Positions 1-10,701 of a stretch of DNA of 64,000 bases are shown here, one piece after another. Source of the DNA: a virus. The notes below the pieces were generated by a model. The model made no database searches, was not told where the DNA came from, and saw only the letters and a list, made by a program, of their open reading frames with translations. Location of the stretch: positions 17,675 through 81,674 of IMG/VR virus record IMGVR_UViG_3300024353_000005; one strand, given 5' to 3'. Position 1 is the first letter of the stretch. Every line of letters begins with the position of its first letter. A program made the position numbers and the translations under genes.

Positions 1-1025
1 TAATTACCCATATCTGTGTAAGTCCAAGCCATTTCCTTTAATCCGTGGCTATGTCGGGGCGATTCCATATTCAGGGAGTAGTGAGCCAATTGCGTATCAA
101 ACTCTATCGTGCTTTCTATACCGAGATGATATTTGAACCATTGAATATCGTGCTTGCCATTTTGGTATATTTTTTTAAGGTCTTCCCTATCAAAGTATTT
201 GCGAAGTTCATTTAGAATCCAATTATATTGCTGATTGTTCCAAATCCGCTTAAGGTTTCTGTCCAATATGGGCAAGACTATCCCAGTATTCTCCTTCCAG
301 CTAAAAGATATACAAAGCAATTTGCCATTATAAGGTCGCAGGGCGGTAGATTCTGTGTCAATGGAGTTTTCCTTAATCTGCCTTAATCTGTAAAATAACA
401 GTTTAACCTTTTTCATATCATTGCAAACAACATATTTCACAGGGGATGTTTTCCTTTTAATCCGCCCCTTGGTTTTGCTCGCCTCTTTTACAAATTCCAG
501 AGCCTTGATAAACTTATCCCTTATCTCATTATTCTGCGAATTTCTAATAATATAGCTCGGATGAATTAGCGGTATGCAAGTAACCTGAAACTCGTCGCTC
601 CAAAATGGCTGCCCCTGAAATTTGAGGGAGCCAGTTTTGTTCAGCACCTGTTTCATAGCGACATTTCCAAGCAAGCCGATTACATTGGGCTTGATAGTGT
701 TGATTTCGTTGACCAGAAATTCCCTGCAAGCCTTCATCTCTTTAGCCATTGGAGTTCTATTCTGGGGCGGTCGGCAACGGCAACTATTGCTCAAGAATAT
801 ATCTGCTCTGTTTATACCAGCTTCTTTCAAACATTTATCAAGTTCCTTGCCTGCTTTGCCCACAAATGGCTCTTTCTTAAGTAGCTCGTCGTTTCCAGGA
901 GCCTCACCAATGAGCATAATTTTGGCAGATTTAGAACCACAACCAGAAAGGCAGATTACCTTGTGCCTACCATCGTTGGTCGTGCTTGTCAAATGTAAAG
1001 GGCATTTTGTGCAGTATACTGACAT
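1..1025 (-). CDS. Family A DNA polymerase with N-terminal family-4 uracil-DNA glycosylase domain (SPO1-like); runs off the window edge
   Basis: Manual translation from ATG 1025: MSVYCTKCPLH..IMLIGEAPG..PFVGKAG..NSCRCRPPQNRTP..HPSY (UDG family 4), then SIDTEST / QNGKHDI / FDTQLAHY (3'-5' exonuclease motifs). Not in the ORF track because it is truncated. Confidence 0.88.
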   Translation of the reverse strand, partial: MSVYCTKCPLHLTSTTNDGRHKVICLSGCGSKSAKIMLIGEAPGNDELLKKEPFVGKAGKELDKCLKEAGINRADIFLSNSCRCRPPQNRTPMAKEMKACREFLVNEINTIKPNVIGLLGNVAMKQVLNKTGSLKFQGQPFWSDEFQVTCIPLIHPSYIIRNSQNNEIRDKFIKALEFVKEASKTKGRIKRKTSPVKYVVCNDMKKVKLLFYRLRQIKENSIDTESTALRPYNGKLLCISFSWKENTGIVLPILDRNLKRIWNNQQYNWILNELRKYFDREDLKKIYQNGKHDIQWFKYHLGIESTIEFDTQLAHYSLNMESPRHSHGLKEMAWTYTDMGN

Positions 1026-2462
1026 TTAATTTCCCTTTATTCTATGTTTCGCTATTTCAGAATATTCTTTGCTCATCTCAATACCAATAAACTTGCGATT
1101 AAGTAATTTAGCCGATATACCAGTTGTACCTGAACCCACGAAAGGGTCTAAAATAATATCTCCCTCCCTTGAACCCAAAATAATGAGATAGCTCATAAGT
1201 TTAATGGGTTTTACTGTGGGATGATTATTCTTATACTTATAGCCATTTTTCTTTGAAGTAACTTTTTTTTCTGCTGGACAGTGGCATCTCGGCTCTCCAC
1301 CAATAAATTTTAATCCACAATTTCCACATTTATCTGCCCAAACTCGATTTTTGGCATCTTGATCTTGCGTTTTATCTGTTAAATTTTCACACCCTTTATT
1401 CTTCTCACTTTTACTAGCTTTAGGCACTATTAAATAAGGAAATACTTTCTGGACTTCTGGTGGTAATTTTTTAATTCGTTCAGCCCACCACGAATCTAAA
1501 TCGAAATAACGGGAATATGAACCAGAATCATTATGAGTGATTTGTCTTTGTCCTTTTCCTCCTAATTTATGTTCGACAAATCTTCCTTCTTGTCTCCGAA
1601 TACAATTCTGTCCAGATTTGCTAATTTTCCCATTATTTAATACATCATTACTTACTATTAAATTAGCAGGGAAACGACCTTTTTGATTAATATGTGCATC
1701 ACCAGCTTGTTGCTTTGTTTTACTAGGTAGAAGACTTGTGCCACCATATTTTTGAATACCTTCTTTATGTCCAACTTTGCTTTTTTCTTTATCTTTCTCA
1801 CTTTTATAAGGTATTCTACAATTATCTAACCAAGTAATTCCTTTACCATTCTTTAATGCTTGGTCTACGTAGGTTTTTTCAGATAAAGATTTCATCGCTA
1901 TTACTATTATTTCAACTGCGGGCTTCATTTGACATCCACCATAGGAACCTTCTAATGCAGATGTTCCTTCAGTTTCAAATATTTCTCTTCTTTTCAGTTT
2001 ACCATTATGGGCTTGATTTATCGGCATACCTTTTTCTGTTGAGACATAAGAACCTTTACTTTTAATAACTTTTCTTTTTCTTCCTAGTCTCTTATCTATC
2101 TTCTTCCCAATGTTACTTGCCTTCGGAAATCCACTAGCATATGCCCAATAAATACTGCTAAACCCAGTTTCAAATCCAGCTTCTTGTAAATTATAAATCA
2201 TCCTACTTAATACATCTTGTCTTGGTGCAGACATTATAAATGCAAATGCTCCAGGTTTTAATACTCGCAAACATTCTTTCCAATGGGAAACAGGAATAAC
2301 TACTTTATCCCAATTTTTGCCCATAAAAGAATATCCATAAGGTGGGTCAGTTACTATTAAATCCATATAATCATCTGGCAGTTTCCGCATAACATCCAGA
2401 CAGTTACCATTATATAGCCTAATCCCATTTTCCGAATAATATAGATAGTCTTTAAGTTTCAT
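1026..2462 (-). CDS. N4-C/N6-A DNA methyltransferase (beta class)
   Basis: VTDPPY near N-terminus, HPTVKP and ILDPFVGSGTT near C-terminus. Confidence 0.92.
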   Translation of the reverse strand: MKLKDYLYYSENGIRLYNGNCLDVMRKLPDDYMDLIVTDPPYGYSFMGKNWDKVVIPVSHWKECLRVLKPGAFAFIMSAPRQDVLSRMIYNLQEAGFETGFSSIYWAYASGFPKASNIGKKIDKRLGRKRKVIKSKGSYVSTEKGMPINQAHNGKLKRREIFETEGTSALEGSYGGCQMKPAVEIIVIAMKSLSEKTYVDQALKNGKGITWLDNCRIPYKSEKDKEKSKVGHKEGIQKYGGTSLLPSKTKQQAGDAHINQKGRFPANLIVSNDVLNNGKISKSGQNCIRRQEGRFVEHKLGGKGQRQITHNDSGSYSRYFDLDSWWAERIKKLPPEVQKVFPYLIVPKASKSEKNKGCENLTDKTQDQDAKNRVWADKCGNCGLKFIGGEPRCHCPAEKKVTSKKNGYKYKNNHPTVKPIKLMSYLIILGSREGDIILDPFVGSGTTGISAKLLNRKFIGIEMSKEYSEIAKHRIKGN

Positions 2463-2931
2463 TTTTTCTCTTGGTTTGCTTTTTAAATGTGATAACTAAT
2501 ATTCCATTTTTCTCTTCGGTCTCAATAGTATTCAAATCAATCATTCGAGGTAATAATATTTCATCTTTTTCGCCTATTGAAAGAATATCGTCTTTAAGAG
2601 CATATTGATTAGTCCCGCTTACTATTATTTTAAATTTATCTTTCTCATTAAATTTATCAATCATAACATTATTCTTTTCAACTTTTACCCTATGGCTTTT
2701 AATCTTTCTACGGACTGTTCCTGCTTTAGTCCGATACCTTTTTACACTTCTTATTCCAAAATTAAATGCTTCTGGATTACCTAAATTAAATGAGTTCCCT
2801 AAAACACGCCCCCTTATCCCAGTAAGTATTTTTGCTTTTTTAGTTTCTGGTAAAATTTCGGAAAATCTTTTTACTATGTTCACAGGACTTCTCCCTGTGC
2901 TGGTTCTAGGTGGTATACTTCTAAGAGCCAT
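2452..2931 (-). CDS. Hypothetical protein, C-terminus resembles Hsp20/alpha-crystallin
   Basis: C-terminal EEKNGILVITFKK resembles the sHSP NGIL-x-I motif; weak. Confidence 0.4.
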   Translation of the reverse strand: MALRSIPPRTSTGRSPVNIVKRFSEILPETKKAKILTGIRGRVLGNSFNLGNPEAFNFGIRSVKRYRTKAGTVRRKIKSHRVKVEKNNVMIDKFNEKDKFKIIVSGTNQYALKDDILSIGEKDEILLPRMIDLNTIETEEKNGILVITFKKQTKRKNET

Positions 2932-3468
2932 TTTTCAAATCCTTCATTATCTGGTTAAATTTTATATCAATCTCATCAGATTTACAATAATCTGGCAATT
3001 TTTCTTTTAAGAAATGAGCAAGCCCCTGATTGGCTCTCGCTAAATTTAATATAAGTTCAGACAGTTCATTTCGTCTTTTTCTATTAGTTTCTTCCTTCAT
3101 AAGCACAGATAAATTTTCTGTGGCTTTAAGGACTATTTTGACACATTCTTTGAGATTGTCAAATCGTTGCAGGCTTTGATTCATCACAATTTTTTCTCTA
3201 TTCTGCTTAAGTAAGACTTGATTTTGATTAGTTCTTTCAATATTTCCTTTAAGACAGCCTTAAATTCCTTAACCTCTGATATAAACAATCCTAAATTAAA
3301 CATTATTCTCTCCAAAACTTTCCAATAAACTATTGATTTTCTCTAAATGATTTTTGGCTTCTTCAACTGCTTTTTTCTGCTTTTCGGTATGTGGAAAATT
3401 TGCTATAATAGTCTCCAGCATCTTTTTCTGCTCTTTTAATTTTTCAACTACATCCTTAAGATTGTTCA

Positions 3469-3759
3469 TTATTTCCTACCTGTGGTCTCATTCTTGGACT
3501 TTTTCTGCTTCTTATCCTTTTCAATTCTTTCCTTCGCCAGCTTATGTTGTTCTAAAAGGTCTACTTTACCTAATGTTGTTCCTTCCTCTTCTTCTTTCTT
3601 TTTAATTTTAAACCTTGGAGGATTAAACTTAGGTAAACCATATGCACCCATCTCTTTTAGCCAATTCCGTTCCCTGATGGCCTTTGACAATCTTTCATGT
3701 CTTTTTAATACTGAACGAGCCTTCTGTCTTCTTCGTTTTAAGGATTTATGCAAACTCAT
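3469..3759 (-). CDS. PVC-superphylum small basic (signature) protein homologue
   Basis: MSLHKSL..RSVLKRHERL..W..GAYGLPK..RFKIKK matches the recalled MSxHxSL..R(N/S)VLKRxER..W..GLPK pattern of the Chlamydiae/Verrucomicrobia/Planctomycetes small basic protein. Confidence 0.78.
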   Translation of the reverse strand: MSLHKSLKRRRQKARSVLKRHERLSKAIRERNWLKEMGAYGLPKFNPPRFKIKKKEEEEGTTLGKVDLLEQHKLAKERIEKDKKQKKSKNETTGRK

Positions 3760-3780
3760 TTGATATTCTCCATTTAATTT

Positions 3781-4712
3781 TCATCCCCAATATCCGCCAT
3801 ATCTCATGTCAATTGAGAACCATACTATTTCAAGTGCAACCCAAACAAATTCTAATAAAAGAATAAATGCAGTAGTTATCTTAATGTATCTATCAGTAAC
3901 TTTTCCATCTAATAAGAAGTAAAGAAATCTTCCTATAAGACCCTTTTTCTGAAGTTTATATTTATTTCTTCTTCGTTTTTTTATTTTTCTTCTTGTTTTT
4001 CTTGGCATTGATAATTCCTCGTTTTTTCAAATAACGCATAACATCATCTACAATATACCAACGAATATCTCGCAAGCAATCATCTACAATTTCTGTAAGG
4101 TCTTGTTTAGTTTTACGGATATTTGTTAATCTTACTTTTTTTCTTGTCCGTAATTTGGGATGTTTCATTTATTTACCTTTCGCAGTATCATTCTTTTTCC
4201 TTCTTTCCAATTCCTTAAGATTTAATATTTTCAAGCCTTCTTCACGAAGATTACCCGCTACTAAATCCACATCTTTATCGGAAGTCCCTAGATGTTTGAT
4301 TTCGCCTTTCCTCTTTTCTAAAATTTCCTTAAACTCCTCAGTCATCGAATCTCCAGCCTTCTTACCATGCTTCATAGCCAATTCGTATATTTCCATATAG
4401 ATTTCGGGAGTCATAAGCCATACATCATTTGCCATTATACTCTCCCTTATTCCATTTGTCATAAATCTTCTTCAATTTGGCTTGCAGATAGGTATTGCCT
4501 ATGTTCTGCATACAGAACTCATCAATTTTATAGAATAGTTTTTGGGCATCTACCAATTGCTTTTTATAGGCTTCTGCTATATCTTTCCAGTAGTCTGGGA
4601 CTTTACTATTATCAACCATATAAATTGGTCTATGGCAATTTGGACATTTTATTTTATATTCCTGCAAAACTGGCTTTGATAAATCTAAAGATTCGCCCTC
4701 AAAAATACTCAT
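3781..4712 (-). other. Run of four small hypothetical genes (3781-4008, 3962-4168, 4169-4462, 4425-4712)
   Basis: Tightly packed or overlapping minus-strand ORFs; 4425-4712 has a CPNC motif. Confidence 0.6.
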
Positions 4713-4883
4713 CTAATCCTCCTCATAAAATACAATATCGCCAGTTTCTGGGTCATTATATCTTATCGCCTTTGGGTTGTTTATAACATTTTTACCTATG
4801 AGCATCCCTATCAAAGATTTGAAAGGCGAGGTTACTATATCTAATTCACTTATTCTTGCTAATATTTTCATTTCGTCCTCTTT

Positions 4884-5258
4884 TTAACTAAATTCGTAAC
4901 TAGCAAATTCAAAACCATCTATATCCATTATCGTATCCTTTAAATACTCAAGGTTATAGGGAAAATTCTTTTTCATATAATTATTGTGGCTTCTATTCTT
5001 CTTATCTCTTTGGAGTTTTTGAACTAATCTTATAAAACTATTTAAATTAATTTCTTCTCCATACTCATCAAATATTTTTCCGCCCCCTTCAATTTTTTCT
5101 TTTAACCATTTTTTCATTTGCTCCCAAGTTGTGTAAAATTTGCCATTATTATATTGCAAGTGAAATACCCAACCAAAACTATGTTTACCTAAATGCAAGG
5201 TATCATATCTTCTACATTCTTTACATATAGCAGTTCTCAAATAATAATTCGTTCCCAT
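4884..5258 (-). CDS. Phage hypothetical protein
   Basis: MGTNYY..CxxC..HLGKHSFGWVF, a pattern typical of phage hypotheticals; RBS AGGAG upstream. Confidence 0.6.
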   Translation of the reverse strand: MGTNYYLRTAICKECRRYDTLHLGKHSFGWVFHLQYNNGKFYTTWEQMKKWLKEKIEGGGKIFDEYGEEINLNSFIRLVQKLQRDKKNRSHNNYMKKNFPYNLEYLKDTIMDIDGFEFASYEFS

Positions 5259-5388
5259 TACATTTCTCCTTTTACCTTATAAGCAAAATATTTTACTAAA
5301 TTTTTGAAGTCTTTTCTAACTCTCCAACATCTTCTCAATCCTAATGCTCTATATCTATACCAAAATTGAAAAAATCTAATAGCCTCCA

Positions 5389-5991
5389 TTATATCTCCCG
5401 CTTCATTCTATAATTAAAAAACTTGATAAGAATCCTATATGCCAGTTGTTCTGCCAGTTTCGGGTTTCCAGCGAATACAACTTTTATGTTGTGCTTTATC
5501 ATGAGGCTAATTAAAGTGGCTACTATTAGTTTAACACTTACCTCGCCTGGGACTTTTCTCATCTGGGCTAAATCCCTAAACGAGCCTTCTATCAGAAGAA
5601 ACTTATATGGAATTTTTTCCATGCGTTCTATTTCTCGCATAAATCGTTCCCTGTCCCCAGCGAAGTTTCCGAAGAGTTCGTTTATCCTTTTTCGCTCAAT
5701 AATAATCTCGTTTTCAAAACCCTCTAAACTATAATCACCTGTTACCAGTTTTTTCATAACTATTTTTGCTTCTGCCTCTTTACCCTTAAATAAGTAGCCA
5801 CAATTTTCTCTGGTATCAGTAATTATCACAGGGATATGAATCCCTTTCTTGCGTCGCTTTATCCGCTTAAGCCAGTCCTCGCATTTGTAGCTGGTAACTT
5901 TGGTATAAGGGCAGTGCCTCACTCTGTCAAGACCACAGATTTTGCCCTGATTCCAGTATTCGCATAATAGTTTTTCGGTTTTCTTTTTCAT
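5389..5991 (-). CDS. ERCC4 (XPF/Mus81)-domain nuclease
   Basis: IITDTRE, KLVTGDYSL and IIIERKRINEL motifs; likely start ATG 5991. Confidence 0.85.
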   Translation of the reverse strand: MKKKTEKLLCEYWNQGKICGLDRVRHCPYTKVTSYKCEDWLKRIKRRKKGIHIPVIITDTRENCGYLFKGKEAEAKIVMKKLVTGDYSLEGFENEIIIERKRINELFGNFAGDRERFMREIERMEKIPYKFLLIEGSFRDLAQMRKVPGEVSVKLIVATLISLMIKHNIKVVFAGNPKLAEQLAYRILIKFFNYRMKREI

Positions 5992-7983
5992 TAGAATGGT
6001 GAGGTTATCTGTATTTCCTGTAGTTGCTTCCATCGATAGACTCTTCCACATTGGCACTGTAAAAGTTCTCCTGCTACAATAGGAAAGAGTAATAACTCCC
6101 TTTTATTAGGTTTGTATCTAATATCCAATAATTTCATTTTTCTTGAATGAGTATGACAAATTGGACATCTATAATTAGATATTGAGACCCATTGAGTTTT
6201 CATTTTTATCCCAACCTATTCTGGTCGTTTATCCAAAGGCAAAGATCGTTTCATCTGTTCGACATATTCATCCAGATAGCCCTTCACATAGGTAATCATA
6301 TCAAAGCCAAGTTGAAAGGTGGCGATTTCTTGATAGTCGTCTTTGACCTTTTCCTCCACTATATACCGCCCATTCTCCTGTGTAATCCTGATGACTTTGC
6401 CTATTGTGATGATGTTTTTTTCAGCCATTTTCACACCTCTTTATATCCCTATACATTTTATTAATTTGTAAAATCGTCGATAAGCAAAAACCGCTTTTTC
6501 TACTTTCTTTATTAAATATTCTCTTTCACGTTTACTTTTACAATTTTTGACACAAAAACTATTTCCTCGACCATTTAATCTTAAAATTTGAATATTACTC
6601 ATTTATTCCTCCTTTCTATGGTTTCAAAATAGTTTTCAATAACTCCATAGCCTCTTTTTTCTTGAAGCCTGCTTCTTGATATGCTTTATACATCTCATAA
6701 AGACCTTTAGCCATCTCATCTTTTACTTTAAGTAAATTAGCTACAGCTTCCTGCATTTGTCGAAATTGAACATCTGTCATTTTATTATCCTTTCCAAAAT
6801 TATAGAATTTCCCCATATTCATTTAGCCGAGTTGTATCCTTTGGCTCTTCCACAGGAGCTGATGTTGGGATCGTTTCCAAGCCATCTATTTTGCCCTGCA
6901 AAATAACCAGTTCCTGCCTGATTTCCTCATACTTGGCATTGGTCGTTCCGACATCGCCTGCCACCTGCTCAACTTGCTTCTGAACAGAATCATTCAGCCT
7001 TCTCAAGAGCTGATGGACTGGGGTGTTACGCATTTCTTCACGATTTTGGGCTGTGTCGTGTTCGGGACACAGTTTCGCTATCGCCTTGTCTTCCACTGCT
7101 TCAACTAATGTGCCACAAACAAAACATGGTATCTGTTTAGCCATTCTACACCTCCTTATCCTCACTTAAATAAATTGTTGAAATGGACCGTGTTCCACAA
7201 ATTTCTTTCTCTTTAAATACTCGAATAACCTCACTACCTGTTCCATTATCGTAAGCTAAATATACAGGTAAGGCACCATCATATTTTTGTAATTCATATA
7301 TAAGTTCAAGAACTGTCATTCATCCCCCTATCTATAAATAAATTTTTATCTGGTTTTCCCATAGTAGAATAATTATGATAATTGCCACACCTGTTACACC
7401 ATATTTCTAATAAGTATTGTTGCTCATAACCATATCCTAAATCACAACCATCATTATGACAATTTAATCTTTTAGTCAGAAACCATTTTAGTAGATGAAA
7501 CATTCGCTAACCTATTCCTCTTTGTCTTCCAAGAAATTATTACATTTCCTGATATGGCTTGTAATCTTTATGATATATTGATTAGGATCTATATTTTCTA
7601 TCATATCCAAAAGCTTCTTATACTTTGTATAGATTCCACAAGTATTGGCATGCTGGCACTTTTGGCATATACATCTATGAGAATCGATTACCACAGACTT
7701 TTTCAGCGACATGGCTACTACCCTATCCTTCTTTATTGACTTTATACTTTCTTCCAGAATCTATCTTGCCTAAACCATGGCATACAGGACAAAGTTTCGT
7801 GCCATACATCTTTCTTCCAGCACCCGAAATGGTAACTGTTATCACTCGGCCTTCTTTACATCTTGAGCATTTTATATATACCCTCATGTCGTCATCTGTT
7901 ATATTAACTTCTTGCTGCTTTTTCGTGCTGTGTATCTGTTCAGCAGGATTTCGTTTCCAGAATTTTCTAAACTTGATGATCAT
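5991..7983 (-). other. Cluster of small hypothetical, often Cys-rich ORFs (5991-6203, 6216-6434, 6616-6822, 6800-7165, 7306-7503, 7512-7712, 7723-7983)
   Basis: Contiguous minus-strand ORFs, several with CxxC pairs. Confidence 0.6.
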
Positions 7984-8490
7984 TTACTTTCCTTTACTAA
8001 CTCCACGAACATTAAATCCCTTGGTAAATTTAGCCCGTAGCAAAACCAAGCTGTTTGGAACCATGCTCCACTTCCCTTTCCAGAAGGGAGTTTCAAAATT
8101 GATCCTCTTGTTTGGTATTAGCAGTTGTATTCCATATTTTTTGTATAATTTACCTCTTTTTTTGCCCTCTAAAGCAGTTAGTGGCATAAGCAAAGCAAAA
8201 GGTTTTTCCAACTCATAACACCTAGCTAAAAATTTATCTTTAATTGAGTATGGTGGATTTGTAACTATACAATCACACTCTTTATAACTGTTTAAAAAAT
8301 CAAAATCCTTATCACTCCCTATTACATCAAACCCTTCACTTTTTAAAAAATTAAATAGATTTCCTTTCCCCCACGCACACTCCCATATAATCCACTCCCT
8401 TTTCAAATAAGGTAATAAGAAATCTAATGCTATTTTAGGTGTTTGGAAATTATCGGGTCTTCCATTACTCTGAATTTTTAATTTTTTCAT
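7980..8490 (-). pseudogene. Small phage DNA N6-adenine methyltransferase with an apparent +1 frameshift near 8087
   Basis: WECAWGKG and IVTNPPY motifs. Removing one C from ACTCCCTTC gives ..RINFETPSGKGSGAWFQTAWFCYGLNLP.., ending in an ATGA overlap with the next gene. Confidence 0.75.
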
Positions 8491-8815
8491 CTTTATCCTT
8501 ATAAAATTTTAGTAATAGGTAACACCAGACAGCAATTTTAATTATATCCCTTTCTCTCCTATCATTCTTGAATCTAATTAATCTTTTTAGTATATCACAA
8601 ATAATAAAGCTCACATACCCATCTTCTCCCACAACCTGTGGCATAATGTCTATTGTTTCTGCCTTATCTTTTTCTGCTCCAGTATATTTATCTGTCCCTT
8701 GAAGTATAATACTTTTCATATGTCCTATGAACTCATCGAAATAAGATAACTTTCTCGGAATATCCTTCTCTTTAGCTTGAATTTTTCTGCTTTTGTCCCT
8801 GTCATTTTTTAACAT
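8465..8815 (-). CDS. Hypothetical protein
   Basis: ORF track; DIIKIAVWCYLL C-terminal helix. Confidence 0.6.
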   Translation of the reverse strand: MLKNDRDKSRKIQAKEKDIPRKLSYFDEFIGHMKSIILQGTDKYTGAEKDKAETIDIMPQVVGEDGYVSFIICDILKRLIRFKNDRRERDIIKIAVWCYLLLKFYKDKDEKIKNSE

Positions 8816-9066
8816 TCTTCAATCTCCTTTTCCAAAGGTTTCACAATATTATCAAACCTGTCCTTATCAACCTCTTTCGGAATCGCCTTTAATAAGTCTA
8901 TCGAAAATTCTGTGTTTAATCTTTGCTGTCTTACTACATAGTCCATAATCATCTTCTTAAAATCATCTGGCTTATCGTTTTTTATGGTCTCTTATAATTT
9001 GCTCGTGAGGGCTGTGTAAGCCTTCTGGAATTTCTGTATCTGCTGGATTTTCTTAAGCCGTTTCAT
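8809..9066 (-). pseudogene. 86-codon hypothetical gene interrupted by an in-frame TAA at 8992-8994
   Basis: MKRLKKIQQIQKFQKAYTALTSKL*ETIKNDKPDDFKKM..EIEEC fills the gap between its neighbours exactly. Confidence 0.6.
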
Positions 9067-9603
9067 TTACAATTCCTTATCAGCCAACCCATATTTTATG
9101 GCTTCTTTGGCAGTCAACCATTTTTCTTTAGCTTTGGCTTCTTCCAATATCTTTTTAGGCAAATCACTCCTATCCAAAACATAATCATCGTATAATTTCT
9201 CATATTGTTCAGCATTTAATATCCTTGATTTGACAAAACTTACATAGTCATTTGTACCGATAGAAACAGGATGTATCATAACAAAAGCCCGCTTAGAGAT
9301 ATATCGCCTTCCTTGAGTACCAGCCAATAGAATAGGAAGGGCCATCGAACAGATTTCTCCGACACCGATAGTCTTAATAGAACATCTACATTTTTCCATA
9401 ACATCGACAAGTGCCCAGCCATCGCCTGTAAATCCACCTGGACTATTAATATAAATAGTAATGGGTCTTCGCTTCCTATCCCTATCGAGTTCAAGAAGCC
9501 TCATAATAATCTTTTCAACACTCTCGCTGTTGATTTCCTTGAAAAGATGGAGAACACGGGATTTATCTCTTCGCTGTTTCTTATTTTTCCTCTTCTTGGT
9601 CAT
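9067..9603 (-). CDS. clpP: ClpP-family protease
   Basis: IYINSPGG, CSMALPILLAG (catalytic Ser), MIHP (His), WLTAKEAIKYGLAD. Confidence 0.92.
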   Translation of the reverse strand: MTKKRKNKKQRRDKSRVLHLFKEINSESVEKIIMRLLELDRDRKRRPITIYINSPGGFTGDGWALVDVMEKCRCSIKTIGVGEICSMALPILLAGTQGRRYISKRAFVMIHPVSIGTNDYVSFVKSRILNAEQYEKLYDDYVLDRSDLPKKILEEAKAKEKWLTAKEAIKYGLADKEL

Positions 9604-9619
9604 TTTCTCTGCTTTCTTT

Positions 9620-10054
9620 TCATTTCTTATCTTTTTGTTTAATTATTTTAATTTGAACATATTTTAATTTTAAAGTTAAATAAATTGCTCCTGCACAAAT
9701 TGTAGCCAATAAATATTCACCCATTCCACATAAAATTCCGATACCTACAATCGCCCAAAGTGTACTTGCTGTAGTAATACCCTCAATTTTCTTTTTATTA
9801 GTTATCATTACCCCACCACCGAGAAAGCCAACGCCTGCAATAGTATAAGCAATTATTCTTCCTAAATCATACTTAATCCCCTCAGAAGTAGGAACATCTC
9901 TCAAAATAAGTGAAATAATGGTGAACATAGTAGCACCAAGACAAATTAACATAGCATCTCTTAAACCCGCTGGTTTCTTTTGAGACTCTCGTTCCCACCC
10001 AATTAAGGCACTTAAAAGTAGACTTAAACCTATACCTATTAGATGATTAATCAT
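9620..10054 (-). CDS. MgtC/SapB family membrane protein
   Basis: IGWERE..KPAGLR, GVGFLGGGVM, GITTASTLW. Confidence 0.92.
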   Translation of the reverse strand: MINHLIGIGLSLLLSALIGWERESQKKPAGLRDAMLICLGATMFTIISLILRDVPTSEGIKYDLGRIIAYTIAGVGFLGGGVMITNKKKIEGITTASTLWAIVGIGILCGMGEYLLATICAGAIYLTLKLKYVQIKIIKQKDKK

Positions 10055-10701
10055 TTTTCACCTTTACCTTCTTTAACAGGCTTGTCTGGTTTTTGCTCGG
10101 ATTTGAACTCTTCTAATGCTTTTTCAGCTTCTTTTTTGAGTGCTTTAAAATCCTTATAATCCTCTTTAATCGCTTCTAATGCTTGAGTAAAATTGGGATA
10201 GATTTTTCTTTGGTCAATAGGTTTGGTTTTGCCTCTACCCATTCTAACTATCCAAGAATTTTTGTCGAAAATAGATTCTTGCACAACTGTATAAATTGGA
10301 ATACGATGCCTATAAGCATATGAGAGTTCGCTAATTGTCCCACCCATTTGGACTTTTTTGCCCTTACTATCGTGGAACTTTAAAAATACTATGATAAAAT
10401 CACTTTTTTCAACACAATCCAAATCCATATCTATTATTCTTTCCATCGCTGGGTCAAATTTATCCCAATGTCCCCCCTGTCTCCATCCCTGTAATACTTC
10501 TTTAACCTTTTCTAATGGAATATTTGGGTCAACATATCCTTTCAACTTCTCATTCTCCATTCGACAGGGATCTTGAATTACAATTTTAGAACCAAAATAT
10601 TCAATCAGTTCTGGAGTAATCTTATCCCTCCACTGGACACCCCCATCTGGAATGTCCTCCATCGCCCCACACAAATAGGTAACCAATTTTTCGTCTATCA
10701 T
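10051..10701 (-). CDS. Nucleoside 2-deoxyribosyltransferase/nucleotide N-hydrolase-like protein
   Basis: TYLCGAM..WR, DLDCVEKSDFIIV, GTISELSYAY. Confidence 0.75.
   Translation of the reverse strand: MIDEKLVTYLCGAMEDIPDGGVQWRDKITPELIEYFGSKIVIQDPCRMENEKLKGYVDPNIPLEKVKEVLQGWRQGGHWDKFDPAMERIIDMDLDCVEKSDFIIVFLKFHDSKGKKVQMGGTISELSYAYRHRIPIYTVVQESIFDKNSWIVRMGRGKTKPIDQRKIYPNFTQALEAIKEDYKDFKALKKEAEKALEEFKSEQKPDKPVKEGKGEK

Noticed and set aside
8809-9066. Stop-codon reassignment
   Set aside because: Only one in-frame TAA; TAA, TAG and TGA all end genes normally and long genes are intact in code 11
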